Part shown: piece by piece, positions 1-12,251 of the stretch | Layout of the letters: each line of letters starts with the position of its first letter | How positions within the stretch are numbered: position 1 is the first letter of the stretch | From: Azolla caroliniana | Taxonomy: Eukaryota > Plantae > Polypodiophyta | Length of the DNA: 64,000 nt | Assembly (NCBI GenBank): GCA_043228905.1 | Contig: JBHGNT010000008.1 | Coordinates: 5,518,001-5,582,000 of the forward strand | Reading direction: 5' to 3' | The notes under the pieces: model-generated | What the model was told of the DNA's origin: nothing | Databases searched by the model: none | Seen by the model: the letters and a program-made list of their open reading frames with translations, nothing else | Position numbers and translations under genes: made by a program

Positions 1-396
1 GACAAATGGTACCATCAAAGAAAAATATGAAATTGGGCTAATGGAAGGTTTTAACAATGCTAGACAATCATACACTGGTGATAACTTCAGACATCATACT
101 CTAGAGAGAATGTCAAACAATCCTATATGAGAGATAATGATAGTGATTGTTTACAAGAGCATGAGTTGTTCATTTAATCTCGGTTGATTGAGAACTACAT
201 GATTGCATCTAAATGAAGGCTTCAAGCACATGAGATCTTTATAACTTATGGTTATATGTAATACCAAATGGAAGACTACAGAAAGCGAGACAATCGACAT
301 TCCTCAAAATCCAATCTTCAGTATTGAATAAGTCTTTAATGTTGACTTCATGTCCAAAGCAAAGATGTAATTACTAATATATATATAGCATTTTAC

Positions 397-777
397 TTGA
401 TGTCCAAAGCAAATGCCCAATAGCTTTTTCTTCTTGGTGTGATGGATATTCCAAAGGAGCTGACAAAGCCTAAGTACCCATGGTTCATTACCATGAGCAT
501 CATGCCGACTTCCAGTGATGATGAAGGCATCATAGTGGTCTAGATCTTGATCGCATGGGAATTCATTGTCAACAACATGATAGGTATCCCAAATCTCCCC
601 AGGATCGCTCAACATTCTTATGAAAAGGCTAGCTACCCCATTATATTGTTTTCTTACATACTCAGAAGCATGGCCACCAAGGAGAATAGCGAATCGATGG
701 TTATTTAAGGAGGATTTCTCACAATGGCAAGGAGGCAATATGTTGGTGTTGCTTAAAGGGTTAGATTCTATAGCCAT
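397..777 (-). CDS. First coding exon of a gamma-glutamyl peptidase-like class I glutamine amidotransferase (GGP/GAT1 family); remaining exons lie outside the window to the left
   Basis: Motifs RFAILL, ITGSRHDAHGNEPW and the catalytic elbow LGICFGHQ. Homology stops at GHQ, followed by a GTAAAA donor (396-391) and AT-rich intron-like sequence. Confidence 0.88.
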
Positions 778-2568
778 ATCACCACACTATTCTTATTTGT
801 AAGTGAGGAAATATGTTTTTTGTTGGGAAGATTGAAATTCTGTTTTTTGTTGGCAAGAGTACACCTTGAAGCTCATTAAAATGAAGGTTGGGAGGATTGA
901 AATTATGTTGCGAAGAGGGGAGGGAAGAGGGCTCTTTGATAATGTGGGAGGAAATATGCTTGCCAACTTATGAAAGATTGTCCCAAGAAGAAAACAAATA
1001 ACATATTATATTTAACCACATCCTTTTCTTTGATATTTGTTTATCATGACAAATGGCCCACTTAGAATTTCCACATTACAACAATAATATATGTTGTTCT
1101 CTTCAATTGCAAAGACATTGTAAAGTTGCCTTACACCAAATTTAACTAACTTCGAAGAGAAAAAGGCTTAGAAGTTGCTTTGTGATGTATTCTCTCCTTG
1201 GCATTAAAACCAAACCAATTACTCTTTTATCATTTTCTTTTGCGAACCCTTTAGTACATTTAGGTATTTAAAAATCGTTTGGGAAGTGAGAGATTGCCAT
1301 CAATAGGAGGGTTACACACACTTGCATTCCTTTTCATGCGACTTGGTAAGCCTTTTATTAGTACATTTATATCTTTACACTATATGAGTCAAGTTTATTA
1401 TAAAGGAACATGTTGATACTAATTTATAACTTATGATTTTTCCTATAAATATATATCAAAAGATTCACTTGACTTTGTTGTCACGAGAATTTGAAAATGA
1501 TAGTGTTATAGCACGTTTGCGAGGAATGCGCCTCCTCAATAGTTACATGATGTCATTGTTGCAATACTAAATAAAGGGTCAAGAAACGAATCATAAATGT
1601 CATAGATATTGGAAGAGCCACAATATGATTTTTCATAAATATATATAGCAGCTAGATTTATTGACCACAGAGGAATCTCACCAAAGCATGCAAAGAGATC
1701 TCTTCAAATATCTAAGGGTTAAGCTAAAAAGATTGCATAATTGATGTATATTCTAGTATTCCCGTGTGAAACCATTTTTAATTGTTTATAAAATCAAAAT
1801 TGTGCATTTTCTCAATTCATTGTCATGTGGTTAAAGAAAAATGATCGCGGAAAGTGTATATATGAACATTTTTTGCTGCTTACATTTGCTTTGTATCTTC
1901 CTCATCAAATAAGCCTTGGTATCACTAGAAAAGTTGATTGATATGGTGTACAACTCTAGTTTCTCTTTTAACAGAAATTCTTGAGGTTATTGTGAAGAAA
2001 TCATGCCACAATTATCATCAAAGGAGTGAGAAAAAGGGTGGAACACGTTCGCGTTCACAAGTGGAAGGATCGCACATTCCACTTATAGATTCCTTTTATA
2101 ATCTTGCAATTTTAGGCAATTTTCAGAAACTTGATACACCAACAATATCACATGTTTTAAATAACATATAAAATTTGCTAATTTTTTGAGATTTAACAAG
2201 TGTCAAAATGATCATTTCTAAAATAATTTAAGTAGTTTTTCCGTAAATGTTTAAACGTTGACGGTTTGCAGATATGAAATGTAGTTAACTTAAAGAAAAT
2301 CACAATGGTTAACTAAAAGCACAAATTAAGATTAATGGTTTCACCATCTTGAGGAGATGTTGGTTCCAGAAGTGGAAGTGACATCTACTGTTAGTGAAAA
2401 TGTTTTACGTATAACAGGTAACCCGCTAATCCTTAGTGTTATCAACATCTATAAATTTAGTGTTCATCAACATCCATAAATTCATAACTCCAAAAATGTA
2501 GACAATATTAATAAATAATTTTGATAAATCCACAACTCCAAAAATGTAGACAATATTCATGAACTGTC

Positions 2569-3246
2569 TGTTGGGATTTACGGTCCCTCCGGATGGGATG
2601 TCCGGAGATGAATGACGGCAAGCCCGGTTGCGGTTACGGAACCGGAGGATGAAGAGTACCCGGCTACGGAGCCGGATGATGTAGACCCGGCGACGGAGCC
2701 GGATGATGAAGACCCGGCTACGGAGCCGGATGACGAAGACCCGGCTACGGAACCGGATGACGAAGACCCGGCTGCGGAGCCGGATGATGTATGTACCCGG
2801 AGAGAGATCCGGATGCGGGGACATATTTGTGAATATGTTTGCCAAGGGCCTTTGAGGCTATATTTGTAAATAGCCCGAAAGTCATATGTGTATAAATATG
2901 ACTTAGGGCAAACTGTTTATTACTGCTGTAAGTTGTTGCTCATTTTTATGAGAAGTGAGAACAGCCGAGGGAGAGAGAGAGACGAAGAGGTCGTTGCCTC
3001 TGTGTATTACCGCCGCCTGTGGCGAAGACAGTGAGCTCAAGGTCGTTGCCTTGTAGCTTCACCATTGTACATCCCTGTTCATAGTGATAGTTGGAGGTTG
3101 AGGACTCCCGTGGTTTTTCCCATTTAGGGTTTTCCACGTAAAACATCCAGTGTACCTTTCTCTCTATTGTTTTGTGCATTTTCTATTTCCTGTTTTCTGT
3201 GAGTTGATCCCATTCCTCGGTTGTGGCCGAGCACTGTTTTGCAACA
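2569..3246 (+). repeat. Copia-1 5' LTR (678 bp) with a 27-bp VNTR at ~2635-2800
   Basis: Appears identical to 7365-8015 except for one extra 27-bp unit; TATA-like TATAAATA at ~2891. Confidence 0.97.
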
Positions 3247-3249
3247 AAC

Positions 3250-3261
3250 TGGTATCAGAGC
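3250..3261 (+). promoter_or_regulatory. Primer-binding site, initiator tRNA-Met
   Basis: TGGTATCAGAGC, 3 nt after the LTR end. Confidence 0.95.
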
Positions 3262-3277
3262 GACGGTAACACAGAAA

Positions 3278-6200
3278 ATGGAAGGCGGCGGTAGTGGGCC
3301 TCCGGGCATGATGGTGCTGAATGCGCAGAACTACGCCGACTGGAAGATCAAGATGGAAGATCTTCTAATTGTTCGGGACCTGTACGAACCGATTGACAGG
3401 TCGGAAATACCGAAGGGAGTACTTGAGTCGGAATGGAAGCTTCTGAACCGGAAAGCCGTAGCGACGATCCGGCAATATGTCGATGTAAGTGTCCTGCAAC
3501 ATGTGGCGAACGATACGAACGCCTATGAGATGTGGCGGAAGCTGTCCGGACTGTATGAGAGGAAGAATGCACTGAACCGGACCTCCCTGATGAGGAAGAT
3601 AGTGAATCTTAAGTACCGGGACGGCGAGAGCATGGTCGAACACGTAAGCACGTTCATGGGATTCGTGAACCAGCTTGCGGCGATCAAGTTCCCGTTGGAG
3701 GATGCAATGCAAGCCATCATTCTGATGTGTACATTGCCGGAAAGCTGGGAGAACTTGGTGGTAACCCTCAGCACCTCCTGCACCGAAGATAACTTGTCTC
3801 TACAAACGGTAAAGACAAGTATTTTGAATGAAGAAGCGCGTCGGAGAGATAAAGAACCGGCCTCCGACTCGAAGGCGCTGCTTACCGAATCGGAACGGGG
3901 AAGACAATGGAACCGGAGTCCGCAAAGACGGGAGAAGTCGGGGACCCGGTCGCAGTCAAGAGGAAGGCCCACATGCTTCCACTGTGGGAAGCCGGGGCAC
4001 TTCCGGAAGAATTGTCGGCATTACCGAAAGGACAACGGAGCCGACGACACCGATTCGAAGAAGTCACCGGAGAGAAACGGTGCATACCGGGGAGCCACGG
4101 ACCGGAGAGGTCCGGATCGGCGAGGGCAGGACCGGAAAGGAACGACGGCACTCGCGGCAAGTGAAGAAGAGATAATGCTCATTACCGAAGAGAGGGAGCT
4201 GAACCTTGCCGGAGAAGAGACGACCTGGGTGGTCGATTCCGGAGCGTCGTTCCACCTGACCCCGGAGAAGAAATACTTCTCATCCTACACAGCCGGTGAG
4301 CATGGTTGTGTTCGGATGGGAAATGAAGGTACGTGCCGGATTGCCGGCATAGGAGACGTGTGGCTGATGACATCAACCGGATGCAAGATGCTGCTGAAGG
4401 ATGTTCGACACGTTCCGGAGGTTCGATTGAACCTGATTTCGGCCGGGAGGCTAGACGATGAAGGCTACACGGGTAGCATCCGGAACGGTGTCATGAAGTT
4501 CAGCAAGGGGAGCCTGATAGTGGCTCGGGCCCGGAAGGTCAACACTCTGTACCTGATGAATGCCCGATTATGTCCGGAAGAGCTGAACGTGGCAGCCGAC
4601 ACTGCCGGTGAGCTGTGGCACAAAAGACTGTGCCACATGAGTGAGAAGGGGATGAAGAGGCTTGCAGAAGACAACCTTATTCCAGTGAAGCATGTGCACC
4701 TGGAGAAGTGCACCGACTGCCTGGCCGGTAAGCAAAACCGGACCTCCTTCCACTCAAGGCCACCGACGAGACGTAGCGCACCATTGGAGCTGGTGCACAC
4801 TGATGTGTGTCAGGTAGAAACGAAGTCACATGGCGGAGCCCAGTACTTCGTAACATTCATAGATGATCACAGCCGGAAGCTGTGGACGGCACCGTTGAAG
4901 ACAAAGGACCAAGTATTGTCCGTCTTCAAAGAACTCCACGCGAGAGTGGAAAGGGAATCCGGCAAGGAGCTGAAAGCGATACGAGCGGATAACGGAGGGG
5001 AATACCGGGGGCAGTTCCAGGAGTACTGTCGCTCGAAGGGAATCCGGCTCGAGTTTACTGTGCCGAAGACGCCGGAACTGAACGGGCTGGCCGAGAGGAT
5101 GAACCGGACCATAATGGAGAGGGTCCGGAGTATGCTGGCGCATGCGAAATTACCCAAGGGGTTTTGGGCTGAGGCCATGTCGACGGCGACATACGTGATA
5201 AACAGATCGCCCTCAGTACCTTTGGACGGAGACACGCCGCAGAAAGTGTGGACCGGTAAGGAAGTGTCCTACCGGCATCTGAAGGTGTTCGGGTGTCTCG
5301 CTTACGTGCATGTGGCAAAGGACCGGAGAGGAAAGCTAGATCCAAAGACCCGGCCATGCATATTCCTCGGTTACGGCGACGACGAGTTCGGCTACCGAGT
5401 ATGGGACCCGGTCGACAAGAAGATATTCAGGAGTCGAGATATCATCTTCATGGAGGACAAGACACTCGCCGACTGGGAGTCGGAGAAGAAGATGAAGAGC
5501 TCCAAGTCGACCGGTGAGGATCAACTCTACGAGGAGCAGTCCCGACCGGCAAGGGACCGGTTAACACTCGAAGACCCGACCGAAGACGGTGAAGAAACAG
5601 AACCGGCCGAAGAAGATGAAAATGATACCGGAACCGGCCCCGATCCCGAAATGGATTCGGATGAAGAAGAAGAATCGGAAGAAACGGTTACCGAAGCTCC
5701 GGAACGGAGATATCCTCTAAGAGAGAGAAGGGCCCCCCGGAGATTTCCGGAACCAGAGCACGTGCTGCTAACCGACGAGGGGGAGCCGGAGAGCTTTGAA
5801 GAAGCAAAGCATGACACCCAGAGCCGCAGGTGGTTGAGTGCCATGCAGGACGAGATGGATTCCCTGCATGAGAACCACACATATGAACTTGTGGAGCTGC
5901 CGAAAGGAAAACGGGCACTCCGTAACAAGTGGGTGTTCAAGCTGAAACCGGGAGATGCCGGAAACCCCCCGAGATACAAAGCCAGGATCGTGGTGAAGGG
6001 GTTTCAGCAGAAGAAGGGCGTCGACTTCGACGAGATATTTGCCCCGGTAGTGAAGATGACCTCCATCCGGACGGTGCTGAGCATAGCGGCAAGCATGGAC
6101 CTCGAGGTAGAACAGATGGACGTGAAGACGGCATTCCTTCACGGTGACCTCGAGGAAGAGATCTACATGCAGCAACCGGATGGATTCGAGAAGAAAGGGA

Positions 6201-7354
6201 AGGAGCACCTGGTATGCCGGTTGAAGAAGAGCCTTTACGGACTGAAGCAGGCTCCCCGGCAATGGTACCGGAAGTTCGACTCCTTCATGACCGACGAAGG
6301 GTACCACAAAACGCAGTCCGATCACTGCGTGTTTGTGAAGAAGTTCGAAGGAGGAGACTTTCTAATACTCCTCCTATACGTGGACGACATGTTGATCGTC
6401 GGACGGGACCAGGTCAAGATACGAATGCTGAAGAAGGCTCTTCACCGAACCTTCTCAATGAAGGACCTGGGTCCGGCGAGGCAAATACTAGGGATGCACA
6501 TCATCCGGGACCGGAAGAAGAAGCAGTTGTGGTTGTCACAGGAGAAGTACGTGACAAAGGTGCTTCACCGTTTCAACATGTCGGAAGCAAGACCGGTGGG
6601 GTCAACCCTCCCGGCAAACTGCAAGCTGTCCAGCAAGCAAAGCCCCAAGACAAAGGCTGAGAAAGAGGACATGATGAAAGTACCATATGCCTCTGCCGTC
6701 GGAAGTTTGATGTACGCAATGGTGTGTACAAGACCGGACATAGGATATGCAGTCGGAGTGGTGAGCCGGTACATGAGCAATCCCCGCAAAGAACACTGGA
6801 ACGCGGTCAAGTGGATACTCCGATACCTGAAGGGCACGGCAAACGTGTGCCTCCGATTCGGCTCCGGTAAGCCCCAACTCGACGGCTTCACCGATTCGGA
6901 TATGTCGGCTGATGCAGATACCAACCGGTCCACATCAGGGTATGTGATGACCTATGCAGGGGGAGCCGTTTCATGGCAGTCGAGGCTGCAGAAGACGGTT
7001 GCACTGTCAACCACGGAGGCGGAGTACATGGCGGCTGTTGAAGCCGGCAAGGAAATAATATGGATGAAGGACTTCATTAGAGAGCTCGGTATCCGGCAGG
7101 AGGAGTACCGACTCTACTGCGACAGTCAGAGTGCCATCCACCTTGCGAAGAACGCGGCCTATCACTCCCGGACGAAGCACATCCAGCGAAGATATCACTG
7201 GATCCGGGAAAGGATAGAAGACAAGGAGTTCGTGCTGACGAAGATCCACACGGACGAGAACGGGTCGGATATGCTGACTAAGGTACTTACACCCGACAAG
7301 CTGGAAGCATGCCGGAAGAGGATCGGATTGGAGAGACATCCCATGCCGAAGTGA
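3278..7354 (+). CDS. Copia Gag-PR-INT-RT-RNaseH polyprotein
   Basis: ATG at 3278 just after the PBS; zinc knuckle CFHCGKPGHFRKNC; protease WVVDSGAS; integrase LWHKRLCH..C..C and core; RT LLLYVDDML; RNaseH FTDSD...STTEAEY. Confidence 0.96.
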   Translation: MEGGGSGPPGMMVLNAQNYADWKIKMEDLLIVRDLYEPIDRSEIPKGVLESEWKLLNRKAVATIRQYVDVSVLQHVANDTNAYEMWRKLSGLYERKNALNRTSLMRKIVNLKYRDGESMVEHVSTFMGFVNQLAAIKFPLEDAMQAIILMCTLPESWENLVVTLSTSCTEDNLSLQTVKTSILNEEARRRDKEPASDSKALLTESERGRQWNRSPQRREKSGTRSQSRGRPTCFHCGKPGHFRKNCRHYRKDNGADDTDSKKSPERNGAYRGATDRRGPDRRGQDRKGTTALAASEEEIMLITEERELNLAGEETTWVVDSGASFHLTPEKKYFSSYTAGEHGCVRMGNEGTCRIAGIGDVWLMTSTGCKMLLKDVRHVPEVRLNLISAGRLDDEGYTGSIRNGVMKFSKGSLIVARARKVNTLYLMNARLCPEELNVAADTAGELWHKRLCHMSEKGMKRLAEDNLIPVKHVHLEKCTDCLAGKQNRTSFHSRPPTRRSAPLELVHTDVCQVETKSHGGAQYFVTFIDDHSRKLWTAPLKTKDQVLSVFKELHARVERESGKELKAIRADNGGEYRGQFQEYCRSKGIRLEFTVPKTPELNGLAERMNRTIMERVRSMLAHAKLPKGFWAEAMSTATYVINRSPSVPLDGDTPQKVWTGKEVSYRHLKVFGCLAYVHVAKDRRGKLDPKTRPCIFLGYGDDEFGYRVWDPVDKKIFRSRDIIFMEDKTLADWESEKKMKSSKSTGEDQLYEEQSRPARDRLTLEDPTEDGEETEPAEEDENDTGTGPDPEMDSDEEEESEETVTEAPERRYPLRERRAPRRFPEPEHVLLTDEGEPESFEEAKHDTQSRRWLSAMQDEMDSLHENHTYELVELPKGKRALRNKWVFKLKPGDAGNPPRYKARIVVKGFQQKKGVDFDEIFAPVVKMTSIRTVLSIAASMDLEVEQMDVKTAFLHGDLEEEIYMQQPDGFEKKGKEHLVCRLKKSLYGLKQAPRQWYRKFDSFMTDEGYHKTQSDHCVFVKKFEGGDFLILLLYVDDMLIVGRDQVKIRMLKKALHRTFSMKDLGPARQILGMHIIRDRKKKQLWLSQEKYVTKVLHRFNMSEARPVGSTLPANCKLSSKQSPKTKAEKEDMMKVPYASAVGSLMYAMVCTRPDIGYAVGVVSRYMSNPRKEHWNAVKWILRYLKGTANVCLRFGSGKPQLDGFTDSDMSADADTNRSTSGYVMTYAGGAVSWQSRLQKTVALSTTEAEYMAAVEAGKEIIWMKDFIRELGIRQEEYRLYCDSQSAIHLAKNAAYHSRTKHIQRRYHWIRERIEDKEFVLTKIHTDENGSDMLTKVLTPDKLEACRKRIGLERHPMPK

Positions 7355-7364
7355 AGGGGGAGTT

Positions 7365-8015
7365 TGTTGGGATTTACGGTCCCTCCGGATGGGATGTCCG
7401 GAGATGAATGACGGCAAGCCCGGTTGCGGTTACGGAACCGGAGGATGAAGAGTACCCGGCTACGGAGCCGGATGATGAAGACCCGGCTACGGAGCCGGAT
7501 GACGAAGACCCGGCTACGGAACCGGATGACGAAGACCCGGCTGCGGAGCCGGATGATGTATGTACCCGGAGAGAGATCCGGATGCGGGGACATATTTGTG
7601 AATATGTTTGCCAAGGGCCTTTGAGGCTATATTTGTAAATAGCCCGAAAGTCATATGTGTATAAATATGACTTAGGGCAAACTGTTTATTACTGCTGTAA
7701 GTTGTTGCTCATTTTTATGAGAAGTGAGAACAGCCGAGGGAGAGAGAGAGACGAAGAGGTCGTTGCCTCTGTGTATTACCGCCGCCTGTGGCGAAGACAG
7801 TGAGCTCAAGGTCGTTGCCTTGTAGCTTCACCATTGTACATCCCTGTTCATAGTGATAGTTGGAGGTTGAGGACTCCCGTGGTTTTTCCCATTTAGGGTT
7901 TTCCACGTAAAACATCCAGTGTACCTTTCTCTCTATTGTTTTGTGCATTTTCTATTTCCTGTTTTCTGTGAGTTGATCCCATTCCTCGGTTGTGGCCGAG
8001 CACTGTTTTGCAACA
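7365..8015 (+). repeat. Copia-1 3' LTR (651 bp), preceded by PPT GAAGTGAAGGGGGAG
   Basis: Direct repeat of 2569-3246; purine tract at 7348-7362. Confidence 0.97.
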
Positions 8016-8166
8016 CTGTCAAACCTAGACGTGAACATTAATATATCGTTGGAACATATCACATAGTTGTCAGGGTATCCTCACTGCTCTCCTCTTCTTC
8101 CTTTTGATAACTCTCCTCCAAAATTTGTGCAGTAGTATCTACTCCACAGAGGAGAGCAATGGTAGG

Positions 8167-8748
8167 TGTCAGAAGTAGTACTAGAGACTGAAAGGATTAG
8201 TACTAGAGAAAGAATAAAAGAGAGAGAGTACTATCACAATTAGTACGACATATAGGGAGAAGGGAGAGAGATTATGGGAGAATCATGAGAGAGATAAAAT
8301 GGAAGAGAGAAGTATGATAACAGAGAATAGATTATATGGAAAGAGTACAAGCATAACTAAGAGGCTTAATGATTGGTGTTGAACCGAATTGGTTCTGAAT
8401 AATGCCATATGCCTCTATTTACAATATGATTAGGAGTATTCCTGAAGTTTCTAATATATACATAATTTTCTATATAATGAAATAATAAATGAAAATAATA
8501 TTTTTTGTATTACAATTGTTATCCTAGTGGTATAGCCTCGAACAGTGTAACATAAGGTCACGAGTTCAATTCCTTTTTGGGCCATAGTATGACACTATCC
8601 CTCCCTCCCTTTGATTGAGGCCCTGATATGTCTGGTAATTGTTGATGGAAATCTTGAAGAAGAGCGGCATTGGCCACATTCTCTAATGGTTCCCAAGTAA
8701 GGTCGCTTGGACTATATCCTAGCCAATCTACCAAATAGTAGAGCTTCT
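8167..8748 (-). mobile_element. 3' fragment of a Tcn1-like chromovirus: chromodomain end, PPT and 3' LTR (8167-8594)
   Basis: Minus strand encodes KLYYLVDWLGYSPSDLTWEPLENV; purine tract at 8595-8613; LTR homologous to 59429-59844. Confidence 0.85.
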
Positions 8749-11455
8749 ACCGGTATAGTTTGGAGACAAAAGACCAAACAAGATTGATGCATCAACATGG
8801 GATGTAATGCACATGAAGAAAACAACATACATAAGATGCTTTATCGACATGAGCTTGTACAACAACTTCAATGAGGAAAACAAGGCTTACGTCCTTTGGG
8901 AGAAGATCGACATTATGTTAGAAAACAAGAATGTTGTGAATCGAGTCTTAGTATTCCGGAAAATAGTCAGACTCAAGTATCAGGATGACGCCAGTATGAC
9001 AGAGCATATGAATGCCTTCCAAGGGCTAATAAACCAGACTACCTCACTCGAAGTACCTCTAGCCAACAAGGTATTGGCATTGTTGTTGCTTGGATCCCTT
9101 CCGGATATCGTCACGCTGGGCAACGCCGGACTAGAAGGGAAGCACTCATCCTTGGCAAGAGTAAAATCAAGCTTGCTAAATGAGGAAGTTCGTTGAAAGG
9201 ATAATGAGGCAATTTTTGACCTGAAGGCCCTAGTCATAGAAAGTGATACACATAGAGGAAGCGGCCAAAATCAGAGTCCCCAGAACCGAGAGAAGTCGCG
9301 GACGAGGTCGAAGTCAAGGGGAAGGCCCACATGCTTCTATTGTGGGAAGCTAGGGCACTTCCAACAGAATTGCTGACACTTCCAAAAAGAGAAAGGGGGA
9401 GCTGGCAATGCCGACTCGAAGAAAAATTCGGACCGAAAAGGAACGTCGGCTATTGCGACAAGTGAGGAGGAGTTGTTGCTCATCAGTGAGCAAACTGAAC
9501 TGAACCTTGTCAACGAAGAATCGACATGGGTAGTCGATTTAGGGGCGTCGTTCCACCTAACCCCCGACCAGAAATGCTTCACATCTTATAGAGCCGGAGA
9601 TCTCAAGTCTGTAAAGATTGGAAATGAAGAGGCATGCCGAATTTTTGGCATAGGAGATGTGTGCATGGTAATGTCGACTAGTACTGAAGATGTCCGACAT
9701 GTTCCAGAGGTTCGACTGAACTTGATATCAGCCGGTCGGCTGGTGACGAAGGCTACATGGGTAGCATCCGGAATGGAGTCATGAAGTTCAGCAAAGGGAG
9801 CTTGATTGTGGCCCGAGCCTGGAAGATGAGCACACTGTACTTAATGCACACTCGGGTATGTCAGTCAGAAGCGAATGTGATAGTCAACAATGTAGGTGAG
9901 TTGTGGCATAGGAGGTTGTGGCACATGAGCAAGAAGGGGATGCGAAGACTTGCCGATGAAAACCTCATTCTAGAGGTAAAGAATGTGCAACTTGAGAAGT
10001 GCACCGATTTCTTGGCCGACAAGCAAAACAGAACCTCGTTCCGATCGAGACCTTTGACGAGAAGGAAGGCACCGCGTGAACTCGTGCATACCGATGTATG
10101 CTTTGTCGACACGAAGTTACATTCCAGATCGCAGTACTTCGTGACCTAGATAACCACAACCGGAAGTTGTGGGTCTCCACGTTGAAGACGAAGGACTAGG
10201 TATTGTCCGTCTTCAAGGAATTTCATGCTAGAGTCGAAAGAGAAATCGGCCGGAAGCTGAAAGCAGTTCGAGCAGACAATGAAGGCGAATACTGAGGACA
10301 GTTTGAACAGTACTGTCGGGAGAAGGGAATCCGGCTCAAATACATCGTGCCGAAGATGCCAGAGCTCAACGGGCTGGCTGAGAGGATGAACCAGACCATA
10401 ATGGAAAGGGTTCGAAGTATGCTAGCACATGCTAAGTTGTCCAAGATGTTTGGACTGAGGCGGTGATGACAACAATGTACATGATTAATAGATCACCCTC
10501 AACACCCTTGGATGGAGACGTTCCACAAAGGGTGTGGACTAGCAAAGACGTGTCATTTTGACATGTGAAGGTGTTCGGCTGTCTTGCCTATGTGCATGTG
10601 GCTAAGGATCAAAGGAGAAAATTGGATCCAAAATCTCGGCCATGCATATTTCTCGATTATGGAGATGACGAATTCGGTTATCGACATTGGGACTTAGTCC
10701 ACAAAAGGGTCATTCGGAGTAGAGACATAGTCTTCATGGAAGAGAAGACTATTTCCGACTGAAAGTCGGAGAAGAACACGTCCTCTCGAATAGTTGGAAG
10801 TCGACAACCGACTAAAGAACATGGAGGCCAGTTGGGCATTGACGTCGGATTTGACGAAGACGAAGAGATAGTCGACTCAAACCAAGAAGAAGAACCAGTC
10901 GAAGGAGAAGAAGAAGATCCCAATGAGCCGACTCAGGAAAACAGAGGAAGAAGATATCCTCTGAGAGAAAGAAGGCCCCCCCGAAGATTTCCGGATAAAG
11001 AATATGTGCTGCTAACCAACGAGGGGGGGCCGAAAAGCTTTCAAGAAGCAAAGAAAAACACCCACAACAGAGAGTGGCCAAGGGCCATGTAGGACGAGAT
11101 GGATTCCCTACATGAGAACCACACATATGAGCTGACAGAGTTCCTAAAGGGGAAGAGAACACTTCGAAACAAGTGGGTGTACAAGCTGAAACCGGGAGAT
11201 GGTAGGAATCCACCCAGATATAAAAAATCCGAATCGTCGTAAAAGGCTTTCAATAGAAGAAGGGTGTCAATTTCGACGAAATATTTACCCTGATGGTGAA
11301 AATGACCTCTATCTGAACAGTATTGAGCATAGCGGCCAACATGGATCTAGAAGTTGAGCAGATGGATGTCAAGACAACATTTATGCATGGGGATTTAGAG
11401 GAAGAAATATATATGCAACAACTAGAATGATTCGTTGAGAAAGGAAAGGAGAACA
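8749..11455 (+). pseudogene. Decayed, terminally truncated Copia gag-pol (Copia-2)
   Basis: Fragments of gag, zinc knuckle, WVVDLGAS, integrase and early RT, with many stops and frameshifts; no LTRs. Confidence 0.9.
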
Positions 11456-12251
11456 TAAAAAACAAAAGCTGAGGGTGAAAAATGGAAATTTTAAAGACTA
11501 AAGGATGCAAAATATAAAAGTCACCTCACATGACGAAACAAAAGAATACACATACGTGCAACACGATTTTAAAACCCATACCGTAGTGGACAAGCTGATT
11601 CGTGTGTGATCCAATCAAGAGATATGTTGACCGAACGAGAAGGTTCAAGTCAAGCAAGCTCCGATTGATGTTATCGATCATAGAGCTGTGATTCGGTTGA
11701 GGGATTTTTGACCGTTGAGACAACCGATGGAGTTTCGGTCGAGAAGAGTTGCCATGGAAAGTGGGTTCACCGTTGTTAAGAGTCTATTACTAATCAATAA
11801 ACCAAATCAAGTAAAAAGGAAGAAAATAGATTGGATAGAAGAACCCGTTCCACCCGACCACCCCCGAGCTATGATCTAGACATAGCCAACCTACCACCGA
11901 CGTCCCATACCGCCGGATATTAGGATGACTAATACCTTGGAAGAGATAAACACGATCGTCGAGACGAAAGCCTAGCCCGCACCACCGGTGTCTACGACAG
12001 CAGCCTTCCGACGTGATTCCTATGAGGGTAGCTAAGCCTCATATTTATACCTTTTCCTAGGCCCCTTGAATAGATGTGCCTTTCTAAAAGGCTCTCTATT
12101 CATTGGTTGTCTAAATCATGATAATGCATGCACATATCATTCATTCTATCCAATCATTAGTCCCCTTTTTAATAATAGTGAACATACCCTTCACTAATGT
12201 AAATATTAGTGACCTACCCTCACCAACGTTATGTGTACATAACATACTCCC

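Larger units (their letters stand above)
2569..8015 (+). mobile_element. Intact, very young Ty1/Copia LTR retrotransposon (Tnt1-like), 5447 bp (Copia-1)
   Basis: TG...CA LTRs at 2569-3246 and 7365-8015; 5-bp TSD CTGTC (2564-2568, 8016-8020); PBS; PPT; uninterrupted gag-pol ORF. Confidence 0.98.

Noticed and set aside
304-396. C-terminal tail of the 157-aa ORF
   Set aside because: Read-through into the intron after GHQ; not coding.
2635-2800. Possible CRISPR-like arrays here and at 56205-56420
   Set aside because: Contiguous tandem repeats with no unique spacers, in eukaryotic TE context.
2612-2869. TEPDDEDPA-repeat ORF (also 7408-7638 and antisense versions)
   Set aside because: Translation of the 27-bp LTR VNTR, upstream of the TATA box; no evidence of a protein.
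11456-11773. Unassigned segment continuing at 18049-18238
   Set aside because: Probably part of another repeat, but no termini, TSD or coding signal could be supported.
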